Source of the DNA: Hydrolagus colliei
Taxonomy: Eukaryota
Direction of reading: 5' to 3'
Assembly: GCA_035084275.1 (NCBI GenBank)
Contig: CM068746.1
Span: 29,574,001-29,638,000, forward strand
DNA: 64,000 bases
Position numbers and translations under genes: made by a program. The notes beneath the pieces are model-generated. The model made no database searches and was not told where the DNA came from. It worked only from the letters and a program-made list of their open reading frames with translations. Below are positions 40,751-52,553 of the stretch, one piece after another (position 1 is the first letter of the stretch; each line of letters opens with the position of its first letter).

Positions 40751-41756
40751 CAGGTATCCTACCCCAACAACGGCTTCGTCAACCACGAAACTCATGCATT
40801 CAGTTTGCTAAATGCGACAACCCTTGCAAACCGCAATGCGTTTTGTGCATCTGTGATTTAAATCCGCCGGTTTAAATCTTTAAGTTTCACTCTTCCAAAC
40901 AAGGGACCGCATTCATCCGCGTATTGGTGTGTATTCCTCCGCGTTTCCCGCCTATCAGCATCTTTACTACTCTACGTGGTCTAGCTAAACTCATGGATCC
41001 ACTTACTCCCCCTATACTTGTAACATGAATTTACTGTCACTTCTCCGCAGCCTAGCTAGTAAGTTTCGGAGCATTGGCTGCCAGGTTCTGCATCCTCTCT
41101 CTCTGTGTGTAAGTGTATCTCTCTCTGACTCACCTTCTCTCTATTTCTCTTTTCTTACTCCTTCTCTTCTCTCCCCCCCACCCCCCCCTCCTCTCTCTCA
41201 CCTTCTCTCTCTGACTCACCTTCTCTTCCCCCCCACCCCCCTTCTCTCTCACCTTTTCTCTATTTCACCTTTTCTTCCCCCACACCCTCTCTCTGTGTCT
41301 GTCTGTATCGGTCAAACACCCTACTCAGCCCACCGTGTCACACATCACACCTTCTCCATTGATTTTTCTCTCTCTCTGTAGATCAGTCAGACAGCCCCCA
41401 CCAGCCTTCCGTGTCACACACACACCCCCCCCACACCCCCGCCCTCTCTCTGTGTAAGTCAGTCAGACAGCCTCTCGGATTGTTGTAGATCCTGGCAGCC
41501 AATGTGCCCAAACTTACTCCCCCTATCTCCATGTATGTTATAACTGTGTTTTTTTTGTGTTTAGTTTTACTAAACGCGAACTTATTTCCCCTATCCCCAT
41601 GTTTCGCATAGGGCCCTGCATTTTCTAATCGTGAAAAAGTGAATGTACTCTCCCTATCCCCATGTTTCCCATAGGGCCCTGTATTTTCCAACCGCGATTT
41701 TACTAACTACGGAGGTTTAAGGAATGTATCCCCCTGCGGTTGGGGAGGGATACCTG
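40751..41756. mobile_element. Tc1/pogo-type MITE with CT-rich interior
   Basis: TA|CAGGTATCCTACCCCAAC ... GTTGGGGAGGGATACCTG|TA. Confidence 0.85.
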
Positions 41757-42465
41757 TATATAAATTCCCTCTCATATTTTGTCCCCTGAACTTTGCTTAA
41801 CCCTGATATTTCTGAGGTTGCGCTACCCAATTGCATCCACCAACTTGTGCCAGATTCCAGTTTGACAAGTGTCCCATTGCAGTCAAAAGCAAGAGGCTTT
41901 TGTATTCAGGCACATCTGAGACCAAAACATTCACTCATGGTTGACTACTGATTGGAATTGAGCACAAATAGCATGTCAAGTGGTAAGGAAACTGGTGAGG
42001 CCACCTGCTGCTAGAAGCTCAAAACAGAGGCACAATTCTATGGAAGCATTTATCCAGCTTGTCCTTCAGGATGGAGAAGGTGAGTGGTTTAATTTTATAC
42101 TGACTACTGCATTCGTGACACTCGTTATTCCCCAAGTCGTTGGAAGACCTCAATTGAAAGGTTGCGAGTACACTTCGGCAAACTTTCCAATGATCCACAA
42201 TTGATGCTCTCTATGCAAACTGAGACAAATGCAAAAATCGTACAGAATTTACAGAGGCAGCCTCTCATCAAATCTCAATAAAATGTTCTTGAAGTTATCT
42301 ACACGACACCTTATCCACAGAGAAGCCATTACTACTGTACATACATTTGAAAAATTTTAATGTTTAACTTTATCAGAAAGAAGCATTAAGGTTCACTATG
42401 AAATAAGAGTAAGACATGCCCCTTAATGCATAATTATCTGACGTGTGACATTTTACTCAAGTTAG

Positions 42466-43262
42466 ATAATAATAATCCTTGCATTTGATATTGCGCTTTT
42501 CACGTCTTCTTAGACTTCTCAAAGCACATCACAAAATACAACAACAACAAAATAACACTTATAGAGCGCCTTTCACGTCGGGAGGACGTTGCAAGGTGCT
42601 GAATAGTCAGACTGGACCCAAGCGAGGAAGAGGGGCCGGATGGAGAGGTAGTGGCGAGAGAGAGTTGGGAGGGGGGAGTGGGGGAGAGAGTTGGGAGGGC
42701 AGCAGAAGCCACGATCGAAGAGGAGGATCTTGTGACTGGCCTTGAAGGAGGCAAGGGACAAAGTGAGGCGAAGGGACTGTGGAATGGAGTTCCAGAGTGT
42801 GGAGGAAGAGAGGCTGAAAGCCCACCCGTTAACGGTAGGGCGGGTTGGGCAGGGGACATGGAGGAGACTGGAGCCCACTGAACGGAAGGGGTGGGCAGGT
42901 TCATAGGGATAGAGCAGGTCAGAGAGATAGGAGGGGGGAAAGGCCGTGAATGGCCTTTCAAAGTGAGGATGAGGATCTTGAATTCGAGCCTTGAAAGTGA
43001 AAACAAGGATCTTGAATTCAAATATACTGTAAAGTGAATTGACTGTATATTTGTGGGCGAAACATGGCAGCCAATCGTGCACTGACTGCAGTGTCCCACA
43101 AACAGTTGTGGATTGAGTGACCAAATTATTACAGTATTTTTTGAGGGATTACTTTCAGACATATGGAGTAAGGAAACTTGCCCAAGCTTTTGCCCTGCCT
43201 TGAATCAAACCCAGGTCTCCCGCATGCAAAACGACTGCTCTAACCACTGAGCTACAGGAATC
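42466..43262 (-). mobile_element. SINE family A, split by an L2 insertion
   Basis: Tail at 42466-42539, body and head at 43021-43262. Confidence 0.85.
42540..43020 (-). mobile_element. L2-type LINE 3' fragment inserted inside a SINE
   Basis: (CAA)n tail at 42540; EFKILILT and WAFSLSSSTLWNSIP motifs; flanked on both sides by colinear SINE sequence. Confidence 0.85.
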
Positions 43263-43659
43263 AGATAGTGTTCATAATTAAAATCTTCAAAATTAAAACA
43301 AAATTTCAAGATACTTCAGGTACAGGATTTCTTTCCCATTTATTTGTTTGCATATTGTGTTTGATTCAAAAAGTTTCCCATATACTGTATATATAGATAC
43401 TGTATATATAGAGAGAGCAGAAATTGACTAAATTGGGTTTGAACACAAGCATCATGTATGGTTTTTAACTTTATTCAGATATAAACTGTCTTATATTTTT
43501 ACAACATTTTGTAAACAAGAACAAAAAAATTCTGCTTAGGTCTCATTTTGTGGATAGTGCATCAGCAGCAACAATTTTATGGCATTTGCAGCTGCAAATT
43601 ACCATCATTAACAAAGCAATTGGCAAACCTTTAAGCAAATTCAAAACCAAAAAGAATAA

Positions 43660-45090
43660 ACAACAGCAATTTATACAGTACTTCCAAAATGCCTTTCATG
43701 TTGGTTGAACATCCCAAAGTATTTCACAAAGACTGAGAGGGAGGGAGCCCAAGATTGGAGGAAGAAAGGAGGGAGGTTGGCCAAAAGTGCAGGTAAAGAA
43801 TGGTGTTCGGGTGGGATTTGGAAGCCAAGTAGGAAAAGGCAAGGTGGAGAGTGGAAGCAGAAGACACAATGCAGAATGAGAGTCAAGGTGAGAGTAATTG
43901 CAGATCACAAAGTTAGGATTTTACAATGTCAGGAAAGCCCCTGAAGGGGGGCTTTGAAGACGAGAATATGAAAACGCGAACTTTAAAACATATCTGCTGG
44001 GAGTGGAGGAGGGAGTTCAAGAGCCAGAGTAGGCCTACAAGGATGATGTGATAGGCTTGTAAAGCTAAATACTCAAGATGGTTTGGAGTTAGCTAGGGGA
44101 TGACAGTTGTGGATACCCATTAAAGAAATGTACAAGTTCTGCCCTCTTCTGGGTTCACTCTTAACCTATCCCAATAATTGCTTTGACTCTTTAAAATGTT
44201 TCTCCTGACCTCTTTGCATTTTCATGTACAGCATTCCTCAGAGCTCTATCTTCGTTCTCTCGTATTTAATACTGTGTCTGCATGCTCTCGCTTGGCAATG
44301 TCACCTGTAGGCATTGGGTTAATTTTCCATGTATGCAGATGACAGCCAATTCTAACCCTCTGCCTCTATGCTTGATTAAAGGGCCACTGTGTTTCTGACT
44401 GATTGTCGGAATGACATAACGTGTTGCATTAGATCTAATTTTCTTAATCTACACTGTCCTTTAAATCTCATATTGGTGCTACGACTCGCTCAGTTTTGCC
44501 CCACTTCTGCAAAATTGCCCACTTCCATCACTATCTCTTCCCTTGATTTCCCCAAGACAAATCAACACATTCAGCACATCTAGGCTACATTATGCCAACT
44601 CTCTGCTCAATGGACTACAAGATGTAGACAATCCAGAAATCTGCAAGTATCTTTTCTCACACTAAGCTGTACAGGACAATCATCTCCATTCCTGACAGCT
44701 CCATTAGCACCCATCCTCCAGCGGGTTGGATTCAAGATCTTCATCCTAACTTTTAAATCCCTCTAATGGTCTTGTCCCATCCCCGCCTCTGCAATCTACT
44801 CAAACCCAATCAACCTGGCCTCTCCCTCCAAGCAGTGGACAGTCTGCTTCACATCCCTCACCTCAGCATCCGCAGTCAGTCTTTCAGCATATCTTTCCCC
44901 ATTCTCTAGAACTCCATCTGCCCCTTCCCTCACTTCTTTCAAGATCTGCCTCAAAACTTTCCTCTTTAATTGTATTTTTGGCCACCTCCTCACCACTCCC
45001 CACCACCCATAACTCAGGTTCAAACGTTGACACTGTCCACCACCTTAGGACATCCTTCCAAAGTGAAAGGTTTACATCAGTGTCAATTTG
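43660..45090. mobile_element. Cluster of old L2/CR1 fragments in both orientations
   Basis: Minus-strand L2 tail at 43660-44100; plus-strand L2 with tatgcagatgac (YADD) near 44332 and tail near 45040-45090. Confidence 0.65.
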
Positions 45091-47379
45091 TCTTGTATCG
45101 TGTTGAATAGCTTCCAAACCTGACAAGAGTTCGACATACAGTATACACATGACCTATGCATGGGAACGTCCCTGTGTCTGAAATGGAAATCACATTCTCT
45201 CCCAAGAGGAACACAATCTGCTTACCCATTTCCAGAGAGTATTTGGCATAGTTTAGCAAGAGACAATTCTTGGAGACCCCAGTATGTGTTTCAACTTTAG
45301 AAAGCTTGTGAGCATTGTCTAACAAAATCTCTGCTCTTTATGTCTGCTCTGCCCCCCAAACTGTGCTCACACACCGAGCTAGCGGGTTCTTCATCGGTAG
45401 TTCCAAGCAGTCCTGCGGACCTGCCTAGCTCAAGAACCAAAACCACTACAAAGCGGTTGTCTCAATTTAGACTTTCAAGCACATTAACTTAAGAGTCAGC
45501 TCAGTTCCAGAGAAGACTCAACATATCTCCCAGCCCCAAGGTGGAGATTGCTGCAGTTCCAAAGGAGAGGATGCCAGCTCTTTGGCTAAAATCTGTTATC
45601 TGTATGTATTTGGTATCTGCAATATCTAACATATAGAGATTGAGGGAAAAAAACATTACTGGTAGCAGGGAACATGCTCTCAATTTGACACAACATCCTA
45701 ACAGTAACCAGTCTGCAGTTGATTACAATGGCCTGAAACAAATTATACTTGTAGTTTGTGTTACAGGCTGGTTCTGACTGTACAGTTCAAAATTTCACAA
45801 CCAAATGGGTGGACAAATAAATCAAATGTGTATTTGACACAAAATTTTACAACTCTGGATATCTGTATGGTAGACAATGCTGTTTGCAAAAGAGGCATGA
45901 ATGAAAGAAAGTCATGTGAAAATTTGTAAGCCTAAAATGAGCTGATTTTTTTTTCCATCAGAAAATCGTTAGGGATTGCTCCTCTTTATTAAAAAAACAC
46001 AGCAAAACATTGCTTGCTCCTCTTTTGTAGATAGATTTTTTTAAACCATTGATATTTTTTTTCCCATATCCATAAGAACATTTTAAAAGCAAGGACTGAA
46101 GAAAGTCTGCTTATATGGCATTTGATGCATTACTAAACAATAAAGAGTTTCAACAATCTAGGCAGACATCAGTGATCTTGTGCAGGATGTCTTGGCACAG
46201 AACCATTAAATGAAGAATTCATAATATCTATCTAACAAAATGCTTCACCTAAGAAACAATCATAAAACACCACATTGAAAAATTAAGGGAAGATTTTTCC
46301 TATCCTCCAAAACAACATCAATTAAGATATCTGCAAAAGAATAAATGCCTTTAACGAAAACTTATCAACCACATACTGTACAAAGAACACAAATATCAAC
46401 ACAACATTTCTATTGTACAGAATTTTATTATGCAGATCATCTCATTCTTCGATTATATTGTTAATTTTGGTTGTGTGCCTTTTAATTCAACAGCAAAATT
46501 ACATTTCTATAACGCCTTTCACCTCGGGAGGACGTCCCAAGGTGCTAGTAATGAGAATGTTCTGCTGTTTTTAAAATAAGTGGAGCATCCTTCCTGATTC
46601 ATATTCCCTTCTTTATTGAGATTAACCCACAAATTTTAACAGCTGATTATATTTCATTGTATTGTTGTTTAAGCAACAACTTACATTTATATAGTGCCCT
46701 TCACACGGTGCATTGTCTTGGAGCGCTTAAAGTACATTGTTGACATAGATTTACTGCTGACCTTGCCTATATCTAATTATATTTTGTAAAGTGCTTTTAG
46801 ACTCTTTTGTTAGATAGTCGAGAAGCGCAAATTTCTATAAATAAACAATGAACAAAATACGGTAAGACTCACTGATAATAAATACAATCTTTCAAGATTG
46901 AATTTGAAGTTGTACATTTCTTTAGAAAAACACTACTGTATAGGAGTCCGATTAGCTTCAATATCTGTACAATAGAATGCCCAAGGAGGGGCATTATATT
47001 GTGTCAGCCAATTATAGGGGGAACTGGAGAGCTTTATGGTTAAAACAAAATGAATTTAAGGGCACAAAACTAAACTGTTGCATTTCATTTACTTGTATTC
47101 CTTTTTACTTTACCATGAACAACCCAGAATGGTAATTTCAAGTCCTGTATGTTCTGACGTTTTTATGTTTGACCACCTCCAATTGGCTCTTGAAGTATTT
47201 AAAACTCACACGAGTCATACATTTTTTGCACTATGTGGCTAGCAGCAAAATAACACTCGAGTCATATCCTTTAATTTACAGTACAATACATATGTGAGTA
47301 AATATTTGTTTTACAGCAGAAGAAATGGAACAAATCAAAAGGAAGAATCTGTTTAACTTGTTCCACCATTTAATTTGAT

Positions 47380-47870
47380 TGGTCCTCAACTTTCTCCAAC
47401 TCGACATTGACAAAAAACTGAGGCTACTGTGGATGTCTTCTGTCAATGCCTCGTCATCTCGGAAACTGACCATGTTGCTCCCCCAAACTCTTGGAGAGTA
47501 TGAAAAACTTTTGTGTTTTATTCAACTCTGAACTCTACTTAAAATCTTCATCCTGGCAAAGGCCAAAGCCAGTTTCTTCCATCTACACATTTCCGGCCTC
47601 CAGCACAACTGGATGCCCAACCCTTGTCCAATTTCTTTGTCAACTTCAGATTTGACTACAACAAAGCTGTACTTGGCTGCCTCCTGAGCTCCAGATCCCC
47701 ACAGCTCTGCAATCTCATCTTCACACACAGCTTCACTGGCTCCCTATCCCTAGCAGATCAACCAAGATCCCAACCTTTAAATAACTCTATGGCCTTGCTC
47801 AACTGATCTCTGTGATATCCAACAACCCCAATGCCTGGCCCTAACAACTGAAGTTACATCCTTTAATAAC
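47380..47870 (+). mobile_element. Highly decayed L2 fragment
   Basis: ctccaactcgacattgacaaaaaactgaggc (LQL.IDKTE-like) and agatttgactacaacaaagc (RLDYCN-like) segments. Confidence 0.55.
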
Positions 47871-49103
47871 CTCACGCTCCATTTATAAAATTATTTTTCT
47901 ATACAGTACTGTACTTCCTGATGTTATTTACAAGTGTGCACTGATGCCAGGCATTGAAAAGAAGCAAAATTAAAATACAGTGAGCTTAATGACATGATCG
48001 CTGAAGCATCCCAGCCTAATGATTGAGTCTCTGATGCAAATTTGGCTTTCTTTGTTTGTGAGTCTCTCTCCCTCTTCTCCCACCTACCCCCACCCCCCTC
48101 ACTTACTCCCACCCCTCTCACCTACCCACCACCCCCCTACCCACTCATCCACACCTCAAGTTCAAACAAAATAACATTAATTGTAATTTCTGACCAATAT
48201 CAACATGAAGTCCAATAATACTTTATGTATGTATAATCCCAGGAAAAAATAATTCAAAAAACAGTCCATCCCAAAGTGTTATTTTGACAATGGGTCCCAA
48301 GTGATTTAGTTTGGTGGAGGGTTGAAGGAAACCATGATACATTTTGAATATTCAGCACTATTACGATTTTAACAAAAAACAAGTAAATGTGACATGCTCC
48401 TTTGTTTTATCTTATTGCAGCTTCAACTGATATAATTATGTGATAATGTTGCCCCGCTTCAGGTATGCTTTCTGTTTAAGCCACAGTAAGTCACAGCTCG
48501 CTCACCTGCCCACCCTCCAAGTGAAGGGATTGTTGTTTGAAGGCAGTAGCTCAGGTAGAAAATAGGAAATAAGATCATGACGTAAAAAGGAATCAATTCA
48601 ATGCATACAGACATTTACTAAAATGACTAGTCTGTTCGTGATCCTACATAAAAATTAACTTCAATTAGTATATTTTCTGGGAGCCCTTGAAATAATTACT
48701 ATATAATAATAATAATGTCCATTTTGAGCAGTTTGAGACTGTAACATCTTTTGAAATGCAACCTATTCATGACACTGTATTGTGGTTGGGTCAAATGACT
48801 TCCTTACCAGTGTCAAACATCAATAACCCCTACCGTCAATATCATAAAAAAGCCAAGTAAATATTACAAAACCAGTTTGGTTCAGAGACTTGTCTCCCTG
48901 GTTAGCTGGTTTTGAATCTGCAAAAATAAAAATGCAGATCAAATATCTGAAAGGGCGAATGGGATTTTTCAACACTATGAATAAAAACTGCACTGTAGAA
49001 AAAAAACTCCAAAATTTCCCTCTTTATAAACCATAGCCCTCAACACTAATTCACATGATGCAAAATGAAATGCAATATATTGAGAGGAAGTGCAAAGACT
49101 CAC

Positions 49104-49229
49104 CGTGTTGATGTGCCCTTCCTGACATCACACATACTGCATTTGAAAGCCTCTGCGCTGTTCCTGAATGTGCAAACACTACAGTCCCAGTATCCTTCGT
49201 CTGGTGAAGGCTTCGGCTGCCTTTTGGGT
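49104..49229 (-). CDS. YAF2: YAF2 coding exon 2, RanBP2-type zinc finger
   Basis: aaacag|A CCC AAA...ACA CG|gtgag; 126 nt; translates [43 protein letters not shown] (W-x-C-x2-C-x3-N-x6-C-x2-C). Phase is consistent with exon 1. Confidence 0.97.
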
Positions 49230-49551
49230 CTGTTTTTGGACAACAAAAGGATTTTTTTTCATTTTCTTTTTTGGGAGAAAACCCCCCCCACCGCCTGATC
49301 ACATAGAGGAGAGTGTGTGTGTGGGGGGGGGGGGGGGGGGGGGCTGGGGTCCTTTATTTTTTTTGTAGCATCTATTGAATGTTTACTCAATAGTAAGGAG
49401 GGGGAGGGAGGAGGAGGGGGGGGGGGGGTTATTTTTTATTTAAAAGAGAAGCTTCTTTCGGTTTATGACCCCCCCCACTCCCCCCTCTCTCTCTCTCCTC
49501 TCCCCCTCCTCCCCCCCCACCGCCCCCTCTCTCCTCCTTCCATCTCAGATT

Positions 49552-49586
<35 letters not shown>

Positions 49587-49738
49587 GTAATGTAACGAGC
49601 CCGGCCGCCATGGTTGCTACATTGTATGAAGCTTCCAACACTGCCTGCCTTTGCTCCAGCCCCTACACTCGGAAATTGCACAATTAAAACCTTGAAAGAG
49701 ACGCGTTTTTTTCGCCTGGAGGTTTGAAAGCACTCTAC

Positions 49739-49764
49739 CTGGTCGGGCTCTTCTTGTCTCCCAT
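49739..49764 (-). CDS. YAF2: YAF2 coding exon 1 (MGDKKSPT + AG of split Arg codon)
   Basis: Reverse complement reads ATG GGA GAC AAG AAG AGC CCG ACC AG|gtagag, matching the known YAF2 N-terminus MGDKKSPTR. 26 coding nt, GT donor at 49737-49738. Confidence 0.96.
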
Positions 49765-49960
49765 AGCGGTAAGTCCCTTTTTTTATTATAAAATATCTTA
49801 TTATTAGGATTAAAATCACAAACCCGTCCGAATGGTTCAGGGCTCCTCTGCTAGCGCCTGGATCCCAGCTGTCCGGTGACTCACGTCACGTGGCCAATCG
49901 GGGCCAACCAGCGCCGCCCTCGCGGCTGTGAACCCCCAGCACAAGGCGCTGAGCAGCCGA
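49765..49960 (-). promoter_or_regulatory. YAF2 5'UTR and CpG-rich core promoter with overlapping AP-1/CRE-like/E-box/CCAAT motifs
   Basis: TGACTCA 49877-49883, ACGTCA and CACGTG 49883-49892, CCAAT 49894-49898, all about 115-135 nt upstream of the ATG. CpG-rich. Confidence 0.75.
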
Positions 49961-50720
49961 CACATGGGGGGGGGGGGGGGGAGATTGGGTGGGGAGAGAC
50001 ATGGGCGGGGAGAGACATGGGCGGGGGTGGGGAGAGACATGGGCGGGGGGGGGGGGGGGGGAGACTGGGGGAGGGAGAGAGACATGGGCGGGGAGAGACA
50101 TGGGCGGGGGGGGGAGAGGGAGAGAGACATGGGCGGGGGGGGGAGAGGGAGAGAGACATGGGCGGGGGGGGGGGGGGAGAGAGACATGGGCGGGGGGGGG
50201 GAGAGAGACATGGGCGGGGGGGGGGGGAGAGAGACATGGGCGGGGGGGGGGGGAGAGAGACATGGGCGGGGGGGGGGGAGAGAGACATGGGCGGTGGGGG
50301 GGGGGAGAGAGACATGGGCGGGGGGGGGGGGGGGAGAGAGACATGGGCGGGGGGGGAGGGAGAGAGACATGGGCGGGGGGGGAGGGAGAGAGACATGGGC
50401 GGGGGGGAGGGAGAGAGACATGGGCGGGGGGGGAGACATGGGCGGGGGGGGGAAGGGGAGACTGGGGGGGAGAGACTGGGTGGGAGGAGGGGAGGAGACA
50501 TTGGGGGTAGAGACTGGGGGAGACATGGGGAGAGACTGGGGGAGGAATGGGGGGAAGAGACATGGTGGGGAGAGAGAGACATTGAGGGGGAGAAACATTG
50601 GGGGGAGACATTGGGGAGGAGAGACTGGGTGGGGGGGAATGAGGCACGGGGCAGGTTTGGTGGGGGAAGATACATGGGAATCGGGGGGGGGGGGGGGGCA
50701 GTGAGTCATGGGGGGGAATC
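49960..50720. repeat. G-rich minisatellite (GAGAGACATGGGCG(G)n)
   Basis: About 18 tandem copies of acatgggcg followed by G-runs, decaying rightwards. Confidence 0.95.
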
Positions 50721-52259
50721 AGGGGGGGCAGTGAGTCATGTGAATCTGGGAGAGAGAGAAAGAGGTGGGAAAGAGAGGGGAGAAATATGGAGGGAAGGGG
50801 GCAGTGGGGACCTGAGGTGGAAAGAGTAATGGGGGGAGGAGAGACTTGGGGAGTGAGATATGGAGGGGGCGAGGGGCGAGAACAGGGGGGGGTGGGAGAG
50901 AAACATATGGTTTAGAGAGATGGGGTGGGCGAGACATGGGGAGGTATGGGGGTTGTGGGAGGAGACGAGTGGATGAGAAGAGAGACATGGGGGACAGAGA
51001 GGGAGGAGAAGATCAGGGTGAGAGAGGAGAGGGGGCAAAGACTCCCTATGCATTTGCTCCTGGTGGGGGCAACTGCATTGGGGGGGGGGGGGAATGAGAC
51101 GTCGAATGCACGGGGAGAGGAAGTATATTCATGGTGGGAAGGGAGTGATGCGTGGGGTGGGGGGAGAGGAGGGGGTAAAGTTGGAGCAAATGATCCCCAT
51201 GTGTTTGCCCCTTGTTATGGGGAGGCATAAGAGAGGAGTGGGCAAACAACAAAATTACATTTATAGAACGCCTTTCACATCAGGAGGACTTCCCAAGGTG
51301 TTGACATGGCAAAGGCATGGTTTGGAGGGGGGGGGCAGAGGGCACAAAGACAGGGAGTAAACACTCTTCCCCCATGTGTTTGCCCCCCTTCCTCTCAGTG
51401 TAGGAGCAGAGGCCACACACTGGGAAGGGAGCAAAGGGGACGAATGTATGCGGGAAGAGAGAGGGGGGGGGGGGGGGGGGGGGTTTAGGCAGGCACTGTG
51501 CAGTGTAGATGTGGCTGACATTTGGGTGGGAAGAGGCAGAGAGTTGGGGGGAGTCAGTCACTGCAGTGGAGATGTGGCGAACGCATGGCGACAGGAAGAC
51601 ATTGTTCGCGGAGTGGACGTGGTTGACGTCGGAAAGGGCGGAAGCAGGAGAGACGAGAGGACGATTACCCAGAGGGGACGGGCAGACACATGGGACTGAG
51701 AGAGAGAGAGAGACTGGGAGGTGTTTGAATGGAGGAGCTGCAGAAGCAACTACCGCCAGCGTTGGGAGGATATTGCACAGGAGGCGGGGAGATTGTTTTG
51801 CATTCAATGGACGCGTTGCCTCTTCCGCCACCAATCTCAGACACACACACAGGGAGAGAAAAGGGAAACCGACTCCAGGATGAGGAGTTGCGCGGTTTCA
51901 GCGTTTGAATTGAATTGCTCGCTCATTTTCCTGCTTTACTCTCCCCCCCCCCCCACCCCCCACCACTACCCTCTCAGTGCATCATCAAGTCAGTCAAGGC
52001 AACGGCCGCTGATGGTAACCAATAGTGATACAGTAATGAATTGGGCCGGCGGTCACCTCGCTGAATTGAAGCGTTGAGGAAATGCAATGAATCGCACGTT
52101 GTTTGTTCCGGAATCCAACATAATCCAACATCTGGATAAAATAAATGACAATTTGCAAATCCATTTTTTTCCCAATGCAAATAGCAGTTGAAACGCTCTG
52201 AGACGCTGGGAGGGCGCGATATAAACCCGACTTGTTGTTACACTGCACTGGGGATGGAA

Positions 52260-52553
52260 GTAATAATAATAATAATCCTTGCATTTGATATCGCGCTTTT
52301 CACGTCTTCTGGCCGTCTCGAAGCGCTTCACAGAACACGCTGTAATGTGAATTGACTATATATTTATGAGTGCAGCCAATTGTCCACAGCAGGTTTCCAC
52401 AAACACCGGTGGATTGAAATGACCGATTTTTTTTTCTTTGGGGATTATCAGGTGTGTGGAGTGAGGAAAACTTGCCTACGGTTTTGCACTGCCGGGAATG
52501 GAACCCAGGTCTCTTGCTTGCAAGGCAAGTGCTCTAACCAGAACTACAGGACT
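52260..52553 (-). mobile_element. tRNA-derived SINE (family A, CpG-retaining)
   Basis: (TAA)n tail on the plus strand, body and head present. Confidence 0.85.

Larger units (their letters stand above)
1..49103 (-). other. YAF2: YAF2 intron 2 (at least 49 kb; constitutive exon 3 not found, presumably left of the window)
   Basis: No sequence encoding the expected KPRPVSQLVAQQV... exon was recognised. Vertebrate YAF2 intron 2 is known to be long. A 208-nt gap lies inside this interval. Confidence 0.75.

Noticed and set aside
49837-50829. Long Pro-rich and Gly-rich ORFs (250-320 aa) in several frames
   Set aside because: Products of the G-rich minisatellite, which lacks stop codons; open in most frames on both strands.
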